From positions 8,866,001 to 8,930,000 of the forward strand of contig OZ024743.1 of assembly GCA_964016885.1 (NCBI GenBank): a DNA stretch of 64,000 bases. Direction: 5' to 3'. This DNA is from Eledone cirrhosa. Taxonomy: Eukaryota. The stretch's first letter is position 1. Every line of letters begins with the position of its first letter. This document shows, one piece after another, positions 13,701 to 25,000 of the stretch. Below the pieces are notes generated by a model. That model made no database searches. It had not been told where the DNA came from and worked only from the letters and a program-made list of their open reading frames with translations. The translations under genes were made by a program, and so were the position numbers.

Positions 13701-16700
13701 TTTTAGTTAAGTAATAAGGTTAGGATTATCTCTTTGAAAAAAAATTGAACATTTTGATTTGTAACAGTTATATTGTGGGTTCATTTGGAGGTTGAACATG
13801 TTTTACATATGTTAAAAATTGGCACTGATAGCCTCATAAATATTAACAGTATTGTAGTTGGATTAGTTTACAAAAGATGAAGTCTTCATCCTATTGCTCA
13901 ATCACATACACACAGGTATATATACACCCAAACATATGTAGAACAGTGCAGGGGTTCCCATAGTAGTTGGTATCAATTCATATAGTTGATGGAACCACCC
14001 TGATGTTCAGTTGATCTTTGGACCTAAACCAGACATTTGTATAAGAAATAGAAATACATAAAATAATACAATATGCTTATACATGCTTCTGATTTATATA
14101 TGATTAATCTTTTTGTCTGTCTATTATATATTTTGTTTACTGATGTATTTATTTACTTATTTATTTATTGTACATGCATGGGGGTCAATGGGGGTTGGTT
14201 GTCAAAGATTTCATTAAGAGGATGAAAGTTTGAGGATGCTGGATATAGTAGGAAATCAAACGTGTACTTTTCTAATATCAACTGTTTGCCTGCAAGTATT
14301 TAGATATTTCTTTTTATTCTCTTTGACAGTTTATAACTGTAGAAGCAGAACTTACCACTGAACAAATGAAAACCTATGACATTGCAGCTTATATATGGTA
14401 TATCATTTTAGTTTTCATATTTTTACTTTGGTAATTGATGTTAATGATAAAAAATGTTTTTGGATTGTTAACCCTTTTGTTAAATTTTGTAAAAAAAATG
14501 GTATACAATAATTCCAATATACACACATCTCTCTCTATGTGTGTATATATATATATATACAGGACAATCCTTTCATCACCACACACACATATATAGATTG
14601 ATGGATGATAGTCTAGTCTCTGTATATTAATTAGTACTTATAGAGGTATAAAGTTGATGGACCAGGTCATGAAAGTAACAGAAAGAGTTATAGCACAGTT
14701 GATTAGGGACCGGGTGAAAATAGACGAGATGCAATTTGGGTTTGTACCAGGAAGAGTCACCACTGATGCCCTCTTCCTTGTGAGGCAATTACAGGAAAAG
14801 TACCTAGCTAAAAGTAAGCCACTCTACTTGGCATTTGTCGACCTTGAGAAAGCCTTTGACAGAGTTCCATGTGCTGTAATCTGGTGGGCTCTTAGAAAAC
14901 TAGGAGTAGATGAATGGCTTGTGAAAGCGGTACAAGCCATGTATAGGGGAGCAGTCAGCAAAGTTAGGATTAGCAATGAGTATAGCGAGGAATTTAGCGT
15001 ACAGGTTGGGGTCCACCAGGGCTCTGTTCTTAGCCCTCTCCTGTTCATCATAGTCCTGCAGGCAATAACGGAGGAGTTTAAGACTGGATGCCCATGGGAA
15101 CTCCTGTATGCTGATCTCGCACTTATAGCTGAATCTATGGTAGAACTAGAGAAGAAATTCCAAACTTGGAAGCAGGGACTAGAAAGAAAGGGTCTCAAAG
15201 TCAACATGACAAAGACTAAGGTCCTTGTAAGTAGACGAGAAAACAGAACCCAGATACCCTCAGGGAAATGGCCTTGCTCAGTATGTAGGAAAGGTGTAGG
15301 TATGAACTCCATTCTCTGCCCCAAATGCAAACAATGGGTACACAAGAGATGTAGCGGGATCTCAGGAAGCTTAACTAAGAATGTAGGCTTCACATACAGC
15401 AGCTGTGCTGGGACAGCAAGCAGCAAACAGCCAAGGAAACAAGCACCACCAAACTCTGGGAGGGCTCTGTAGAAACAGTAGACAGCTTCTGCTACCTAGG
15501 TGACCGAATTAGCAGCGGAGGTGGGTGTTCAGAAAGTACAATAACTAGGGTAAGAACGGGATGGAAGAAGTTTAGGGAACTACTACCACTGCTAGCTGCA
15601 AAAGACTCTCCCTCAAAATGAAAGGCAGACTGTATGATGCGTGTATACGAACAGCAATGTTACATGGTAGTGAGACCTGGGCGCTGTCTGTGGAAGACTT
15701 GCGTAGATTAGAAAGAAACGAAGCCTACATGCTCCGATGGATGTGTAATAGTAATATACGCGAATGGCAAAGCATAAATGAATTGAGAGAGAGACTGAGC
15801 ATAAGAGGAATCAAATGCTGTGTGCAGGAATGGCGGTTGCGTTGGTATGGACATGTGATACGTATGAAGGATGACAGCTGCATAAAAAGGTGCAGAGCAC
15901 TAGACGTCAATAGAAACCGCGGAGTGGGGAGACCCAAGAAGACCTGGGATGAGGTGATAAAAGCTGACCTTACTCAATTTCACCTCTCAAAGGCGATATG
16001 ACCGTGATTTCTTGCGCCACGCAGTAATACAGAAGACCCCCCCCCCACGGGTACAAGCTGAAGCATATAGACAATATGCCCCCCCCCCCCCACCGCAAGG
16101 TGGTCGTAGAGGCGCCACGGCAAAAAAGCACCCAGCCCACACTGTAAAGTGGTCGTGGAGGTGCCATGGCAAAAAAGCCCCCAGCCCACACTGTAAAGTG
16201 GACGTGTAGGCGCCACGGCAAAAAAGCCCCCAGCCCACACTGTAAAGTGGTCGTGGAGGTGCCACGGCAAAAAAGCCCCCAGCCTACACTGTAAAGTGGT
16301 CGTGTAGGCGCCACGGCAAAAAAGCCCCCAGCCCACACTGTAAAGTGGTCGTGGAGGTGCCACGGCAAAAAAGCCCCCAGCCCACACTGTAAAGTGGTCG
16401 TGGAGGTGCCACGGCAAAAAAGCCCCCAGCCCACACTGTAAAGTGGTCGTGGAGGTGCCACGGCAAAAAAGCCCCCAGCCCACACTGTAAAGTGGACGTG
16501 TAGGCGCCACGGAAAAAAAACACCCAGCACTCACTGTAAATGAGGTTGGTGTTAGGAAGGGCATCCAGCTGTAGAAATCATGCCAGAATCAGTTCTTGTA
16601 TGAGCAAGACAAGGTCACCCGACCAGACACTGCCCACAACAGGACAACCCGTCTAACCCATGCTAGCGTGGAAGAACGGACGTAAAACTGATGATGATCA

Positions 16701-18615
16701 TCATCATTATTTAACATCTGTTTTCTCTGCTAGCAAGGGTTGGCCAGGTGACCACAGATCAAGTCAATACTTTGTCAGAACAATTACTAACCAGTCAGGT
16801 CAGTTGCCACATCCTACTTACATATCATCCTGTATTCTACAGTGTCCTCTCAACCTTGGTGAACTTTCTATTGCTAGATCTCTATCACCACTTTACAGAG
16901 TGTATGTAGAGTGTTTTATTGTGGCACCATGATTGTTTTCATGCTCTTTTAGCAGACTTTCTACAGCTTAATCTTCTTTTTATCACCACTTTACAGAGTG
17001 TATGTAGAGTGTTTTATTGTGGCACCATGGTTGTTTTCATGCTCTTTTAGCAGACTTTCTACAGCTTAATCTTCTTTTTAACACCAACCACTTTACAGGC
17101 ATGATGTTGTGGTTAAGTGGCAATAGGTGTAAGAAAAGAAAGGAAGGGGGGATTACAATATGATGTCATGGGTGTATGATAAGTGGGATGGGCTTGAGCA
17201 GGGTGATATGAGAGAGGTGGTGTTGGGAGAACAATTACTAAAGAGCTATAACTTGTGTGTTGAGATTTAAAAGAGGTGGGAGTGTTTCTGAATAAAGTGG
17301 GGAGGTACAGTGATGGTAAGACTAGTTATTAAAACGTTATTAAAAAGATATGGTGAGGTAGCGGGGGCATGAATGGGTTAGGTCACACTCGTATTTTTTA
17401 TACTGGTAGGTGAGACTTCTCCAGTACCACATGTTGCTAATCTTTGCAATCCTTTGGCATCGTGTACTACCCTAATTTGCAGTCCTAACAGTCTTCGAAT
17501 TGTAACCACTTCACATATATAGAAATATATGTGCATGTATACTCCGTAAAATGTAAGAGCTGGTTCCATCATAAAATGCACCTAGTTTGCTCTCTAAAGT
17601 ATTAGTGCTGGTGCCAAGAAAAATGTAAAACGGATGTAAAACAGTGATGTATGACAGTCTTAGTCTTACTACATCATCACATAAGTAGATAATTCCTGAT
17701 AATGGAAACTGATTAACATGTTAGAAAAAATTGTTTTATAAAAAACTAGAAATACAAAAGGATAAAATTAGCAACCCAAATATTAGTTTCACCATTATTA
17801 AAATAATCACTCATTAAGCATATAACAATTGTGAATAATTGAAAAAATTATTTTGGACTTAGTTAGAAAAGTTACTAATTACTTGTTTGATTTTTCAGGA
17901 ATGAATTGCGGAAAGCATTATCTACTGCTCTTCATCGGACAAATTGTGGAAATAACAGAATATGGACACAGTATTGGTCTTCGCACCAACGTTTCTTTAA
18001 ACAACTTTGGTATGTACATTATCACTAGCATTGCTTTCATATATCTATAATGGCTATTAGGTTTGCTAATGTGTTGTTCCTTGAGCAAGGGACCTTACTC
18101 TGTTTGATTTAGTTCTTTTGGTTAAAGAGGAGCAGGACAGAAAAAAACAAACTTTTATCTTTTGCTGAGTAGTAGTTAGGGTAAAAGTATCCGGTGCAAC
18201 AAACAGAAAATTTCACCAATGCAAGAATGAGCAAATGTATGTAAAAGAAAGCGAGAGAGAATGGAATGGAATAGACTTTTGTTGGTTTCAAAGAGTGTTC
18301 CTGTTGTACAATCAACAGAGTAGCCTGTTTGTGAAATTTACATCCAAGTGGCTGAGCATTTTATTAACACCTGTACTCTTAATGCAGGGAGCTTTAGTGT
18401 GACAGTCTGATAAAAACGCATCCTTTGGATTACAGGTGCAGTTCATCCAATGAGCTTACCCATTTTCACTTACATACCTGAGGCTATGGTGAATGACAAT
18501 TGTCCAAGATGCCATGCACTGGGATTGAACACAAGACCTTATGATTGATTGCAAAGCAAGGTTCTTAACCATTCTGCCAGGCTGAGTCAACACAGTTAGC
18601 TATATGTACGTGTGT

Positions 18616-18663
<48 letters not shown>

Positions 18664-18994
18664 TCACCACCATCATCATTTTAGCAGGGAAAGCAGACGT
18701 TAAAACAATGATGATGATGATGATGGTATATATATATAATTATGATACTTGAAATGATATGCATCTCAGATATAAATCATAGTTAATTTCTGTAGCAACT
18801 CGTGCTAACACTCTTAGTCCAGGATTATTCCATGTGAAGTTTTATTGCCATCAGATTAAATGTGAATTTTTAATCTTTTCAGTATGGGAATGAAAGTTCC
18901 AACTATTATCCAAAATGCACAAGAAGCACTACAACAAGGTCATTGTGTAGTAATAGGTCTCCAAACAACTGGTGAGGTAAGATTCTTATTTCAT

Positions 18995-19047
<53 letters not shown>

Positions 19048-22000
19048 TATAAAGTATGTCCATAGAATCATTTGATAATATATATACATCATTTCCTCTC
19101 CCAATTAGCATAATTAACCACACAAAAAACCAATTAGACCAGGCTATAAGATTAAAAGGCACCTATGAAGAAACAGTAAATAAATAAACGATAGCAGCCT
19201 CTTCGCGGCCAACTGCTATAGAATATTTACTCAACATTTCAACAGCACGTGGAAATTAATTAAATATACGGTCAACTATACACAATTAGGTATAAAATTA
19301 AAGTTAGAAATGCTTATATACATACCAGGATTATGTCCCTACTCTTGGGTTTCGTTCTCATTTTGAGATATCCTATTAAGGATAAATCTCGAGCTTCGAA
19401 CTCGTCAGGAGACAAACTCGCTAGGACAGATTATTTTCTGAAGTGGCCCCCGCCAAACACGAATTCAAAATGGCTAAGGATTGTGACATGGCAGTGGTCA
19501 AGTCAGAAAGAGTGTGATTGGTTGCTTCCGGCAAGTGGGTTGGTTGCTAGAAAGCGCAGCACAATATTGCCCAAATTGCATCTCAACCTTATGGGAGATT
19601 ATTAAATATAAAGATTTACATATACACCAATTTTCTATGAAACATTGTATATGATTTTCAAATAATTTTGAAATTAATCAAGAATTTGGAAGGATTTTTT
19701 AAAGTAGCTAATTTTATCACTATTTATATAGTGATTGGAATATAACTTACCAAAAATTCTTACCTAAAATTATGATGGAAGGTTTTAACAACACTTATCT
19801 TTTCTTCAAAAATTTATTTGAATTCTTCATAAAATTTAAATAATATATTTTTATTTATAATCTAGAATCGAGCAAACAATACATGTTTATATTTTAAAAT
19901 TAAGTATGGGGAAAAATAAGCATGCGAATTGTAAAAACATAGAGTAGAGAGGATTTTTAAAACACACCAAAGAGGTGACAGCTTCTTGAGTACACTGTAC
20001 ATTCTTTAAAGTGGTTGGTGTTAGGAAGGGCGTCTAGCTGTAGAAACCATACCAAATTAGAATCATCATCATCATCATCATCATCAACGTTTAACGTCCA
20101 TGTTCCACGCTTGCATGGGTTTGGACGGGGGTATTCCCACTTGAGGCAAGAGTGATTGTCTTGCTCGCATAGGACTGTCTGGCAGGTTTTCTACAGTTGG
20201 ATGCCCTTCCTAACACCAACCACATTTACAGTGTGGGACTGGGAGGTTTTTACCGTGTTGCCTACACGGCCACATTACAGCGTGGACTGTGTGTTTTTTT
20301 GTCGTGACACCTACACGATCTCATTTGTTTCGGCCTGGATGTTGTGGCACCAACATAACTTTACATAGGAGGGGGTGGTGTGGATGGGGTGTGGGTGGTG
20401 GGACGGGGGTGTATTTTGTTACGGATGCCTACTGGCTGTAGTAGGTTTTACTATGTATTTAGGTAAGGCGGGTCTTCTCTATTACTGAGTACCGCCAAAG
20501 GTCTCGGTCCAGTGACATTGTCTTGGAGAGGTGTAATTGTGTGAGGTCGGAGTTTATCAGCTCGTCCCAGGATTTTCTAGGTCTGCCTATTCCGTGGCTA
20601 CCGTCTATCTTTATTGCCCTGCACTTTGTTATACAGCTATCGACTTTCATGCGCATCACGTGTCCGTACCAACGTAGCCTTCTCTCGAGTAAACAACATC
20701 TGATCCCTCTTATTTCTAATTTTTTCCTTAGTTCGTTTATGCTTTGCCGTTCACGTATATTACTATTACACATCCAGCGGAGCACGCAAGCTTCGTTCCT
20801 CTCTAGTCTGCGTATATCCTCTGCGCACAATGCCCAGGTCTCACTGCCATGCAACATTGCTGTTCATATGCAGGCATCATACAACCTGCCTTTCATTTTT
20901 AGGGAGAACCCTTTAGCGGCTAATAGTGGTATAAGCTCTCTGAACTTTTTCCATCCAGTTCTGACTCTAGCTACTGTACTTTCGGAGCACCCTCCCCCAC
21001 TGCTGATTTTGCCACCCAGGTAACGGAAGCTGTCCACTATTTCTATAGAGCCCTCTGCGCAATTGAAAGAGTTAGTATTTTGTGGGCACTCGCTGCTACT
21101 TATTGCACCAGAGCACCGCCCACATGTAAAATCTAAGTTCTTAGTTAGCTTACCTGTGATCCCACTACATCTTTTATGCACCCATACTTTGCATTTGGGA
21201 CATAAAATGGAGTTTCTACCTACGCCTTTCCTACACACTGAGCATGGCCATTTCCCGGAAGGGACCGCCGCCTTATTTTCTTTCCTACAAACTAGAACTT
21301 TAGTCTTAGCCAGAATGTATCTGTGTAACCCATCAGGGAGGACAGTAGTTCCACTTAACTGATTTGATCTCTAAGGATCCTTCCAACCCATGCCAGCAGG
21401 AAAAAGCAGATGTAAAAAATGTCATTGATGCAAACACAAATGAATTTTACAACATAGAATTAAAAAAGTGAGTTGTCAGATGTCAACTTTTTGATTCTGT
21501 GTGATATAAATCATCATCATCATTGTCACCTGCTTTTCCATGCAGGCATGGGTTGGACATGTTATAAACGTTCTGAAACAAGACTAGACAGAATGAAGAA
21601 CCATGTCTTGCTCATGCATTCCATTTTTAGCATGGTTTCTGAGTTAGATGCCCTCCCTAACACCAATCTTTGTTGTATAAATGATTTGCATCTTTGTCCA
21701 CTTTAAAAAATATCAACATGTAGTTATTTGAAAAATGTATGATGGACATACATCAGTAAGAAAATATTTAACAGTACTTGCTGTTATTTCTTTCTGTTCA
21801 CTTCCTGTTTGACTATACATGTTCCATTTATATATGCAACATATATGAAGGCGCATGGCTTAGTGGTTAGCGCATTGGCCATGCAATCGAAAGGTTGTGA
21901 GTTCAATTCTCAGACTGGGTGATGTGTTGTTTCCTTGAGCAAGACACTTTATTTCACATTGCTCCAGTTTACTCAGCTGTAGAAATGAGATGATAGGGAA

Positions 22001-25000
22001 TGGGGTCCTTATCATTCCACTGCAAAGTGGTCGTGGAGGTGCCACGGCAAAAAAGCACCCAGCACTCACTGTAAATGAGGTTGGTGTTAGGAAGGGCATC
22101 CAGCTGTAGAAATCAAGCCACAATCAGTTCCTGTCCCCCCCTTGCAAGCAGGGAAAAGCGGACGTAAAATGATGATGATTCTTTTAATCATCCTAATTTA
22201 TCATTAGACCTTTTATTAACATATTTCTAATGAGAGTCACTACCTATAATTTTCAAATTATCTTTAAAAAAAATCATATTTCCTGGTGTCAAAGATACTC
22301 TGATGTAAATCCACCCCCATTTTGAGTTGCTTAATTTTAAACAATCAGTCTTACATATATGATTCACATAACTTACATGATTCACATAACTTACATGATT
22401 CACATAACTTTTGGCTTCCAAGACTCGGTCAATTTTTTCAGACTTATTTTAGGGAAAAAAAACTGTCTTCCAACATTAAGAAATTCAGTAATCAAGAATT
22501 TGGAGAAGCTGGTATTTGGAAGAAAACAAAGGCTCTTACATAAAATTACAACGGAAGCATAAACACTTTAAAACAAACAAATTCATATTGTAGAACTAGG
22601 GGTGGTTTCAGTTCAGTATGAAATAGGTTAAATAATTTAGTTGGTATGAAATTACAAAGTCTTTTCTGAAATGTTTTAATGCAGTTTATAAATCTTTCCT
22701 CATTAATTTTTAGGCATCGTTGGAAAATGAACTTGGTCGAAATAAAGGTGTTTCTACTGGTTTTGTTTCTTTATGTCGAGAAATATTGACCCGGTTTATA
22801 AGAACTTATTTCCCTACTATGATTGAATGCGGGGTAAGCTTATTTACTGTACACACATCTATTTGTTTTGTTTCAGTAAACGTGTTACTGTAATTTTTGC
22901 ATTAACTCTTAACGTCTTGTAATGATTTAGTAGGAAATATATAAAAAATTTGTTAATTCAAATATTTGTACTATCTTTACTAGTGGATAGATATTACTAC
23001 TGTAATCTTTTACATTAAATAGGTGATTTATATAATTAAACTCAATCTAATTGTGCTCATCTCCAATTACATATAATTTTACTTTTGTTAGTTTTAAAAT
23101 GTAGACAGTTTCTAGAATACACAAATAAAAGATTTCTTTGACTAATGATAAAATTTAGAGCAAACTATATTAATTAGAAGAAAAAAAATTTTAAATGGTG
23201 TTATATGTAATTTTTTTTTACATTTCATAAAGATATATATTTGTGAAAATAATTAACATTGTCTAATTTGATTTTTTCTACAGATGAATGAAGAAAGACG
23301 AGAAGATGACTGGTGTAAAGAGGCCAAGTCTATGTTGTTGAAATATGCCTCTGAGATAGAATTACCAGATAGGTATAGCAATAAAAAAAATACCATATTT
23401 CCCAGTGTCGAAGACACTACTTGTTTCCTAAGATAAGTCTCAAAAATCTACCATGCGTCCTGGAAGCCGAAGGTTGTTTATTTTTTTTCAAATTTTTGGT
23501 TGTCAAAATTAGGGTGCGTCTTCGGCATCGGGAAATACAGTACTTATTTTACATTGAAGGTAACATTTAAGAGTATATCTGGTTACCTTTAAATGCAATT
23601 GTGTGTATTTCTTTTACAATCTTTGTTTGATACCATTTTACAAATAATCAGAAAAAAAAATTCCAGTAGTTATAAATTATGTATAGAATTTTCTGTGTCA
23701 CCAGTATGACCATTGAGCATTTAAGGACAATAATTTGTATCTGGATTTCAGTTTATAATGATATATATAAGGAATGGCAGATTGTTCTTGTTTAGTTTCC
23801 CACAGCTATTGTGGATACAATATTCTCAGACAAGCTGGTATCTCTTTTCCATATTTCATCAGACTTAAATAATTTCTATAAGTGGACTGGGTGCTTTGTT
23901 TTTCTCGTATAATCAGCAACAAGCTAGAATGTGACCAAGTCATATGATGGGTAATTTTGAAAATAAAAATAGTTTTCCCTCCCTTCTTCCCTTTGTCCCC
24001 TTTCATTTTTTCTTTTCTTCTTTTCTATTTTTTCTTTCTTTCTTCAGAGGGTTGTTGGGGCAGAGTCCTCAGACACACCTTCCAGAGTGTCCTATCTGAA
24101 GCAACTGTCTCCAATTGATCCACCTGGATCCCCAAGCGAGACCAAACTTAGCTCATAGTTGTTATTCAACCATCTTGCCAGTTGGCTTTGCCTATAAAAT
24201 CTGTTCAGTAATTCTTTCCTTAGACATTCTAATCACATATCTGTAGTATCAGAGCTGTAATCTCCCAAAGAAGTAGTGGTTCTACCTGGAGTGACTAACT
24301 GATCTCTGAGCTATGCACTCAGTCAAGTAACATTACTCCAAAAACCCTTTGGAGGAACCTCATTTGTGCCTTTTGTATTTGCAATCATATTCTTTCAGTT
24401 GTTAACCACGATTCATGATGGCGAGTTTGGTTTTTACATTTATCTTCCTTCTTCTGATGACTAAGTGCTCTATCTGGTGCTGATGACAAGAGCGATTGCT
24501 CTAATTATGGAGGAATTTCCTTGTTAAGCTTCTCTGATAAAGTCTATGCTATGTGCCCAGAAATTAGAGGTAGGGATACTGTTGAGTCCAAGCTAGCTCA
24601 CAAACAAGGTGGTTTTTGCTTCAGATGCAACACAGTTGACTAAACATTTACAATGCAGCAGGTCTTTGAGAAATTGTGGAAGTATTGCCAAGTAGTGTAT
24701 GCTTGTTTTGTAGACCTCGAAAAAGCATATGACTGTTCCATGCTGTGGAAGGTTTTGCAGGAATATGGGATCAGTGGACAACTTGTTGCTTTGATGTCAC
24801 TATATGATTGCTTTAGTATTTGTGTTTGGATAAATGGTGTTAAGTCAAAATTACTCAATGTGGTTGTTGAACTCTACAAATGGAGGGAGGGAAGGGATTT
24901 TACCTAAAAATTCCAATTGAACTATGTTGTAGAGAATAAACGCTATTGTATTAAATAAAATAAACTGCAAAACAAAATATGTTGGTGAGAGGTAATATGT

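Noticed and set aside
14398-14410. U12-type intron donor (gtatatcatt)
   Set aside because: Does not match RTATCCTT; treated as an ordinary weak U2 donor.
14824-15426. 200-aa minus ORF (and similar ones at 20523, 44588, 48021)
   Set aside because: Antisense shadows of RTE ORF2.
16096-16545. CRISPR-like regularly spaced repeats
   Set aside because: Contiguous 49-bp units with no unique spacers, inside a LINE 3'UTR in a eukaryotic intron; no cas genes.
15970-16564. Long minus-strand ORFs (186 and 194 aa)
   Set aside because: Translations of the 49-bp VNTR, with periodic peptides in all frames.
14639-16698. Active or domesticated reverse transcriptase gene
   Set aside because: 5'-truncated with no endonuclease, catalytic YADD reduced to YAD, and two frameshifts.
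21847-21920. tRNA genes (also at 8046, 39302, 45309)
   Set aside because: A/B boxes continue into SINE body and tail with no complete cloverleaf; these are SINE heads.
23975-24047. Strong polypyrimidine tract + AG as an extra SBNO exon
   Set aside because: Downstream sequence is decayed LINE, the tract looks like its A-rich tail on the minus strand, and exons 23372 and 25094 already join in frame.
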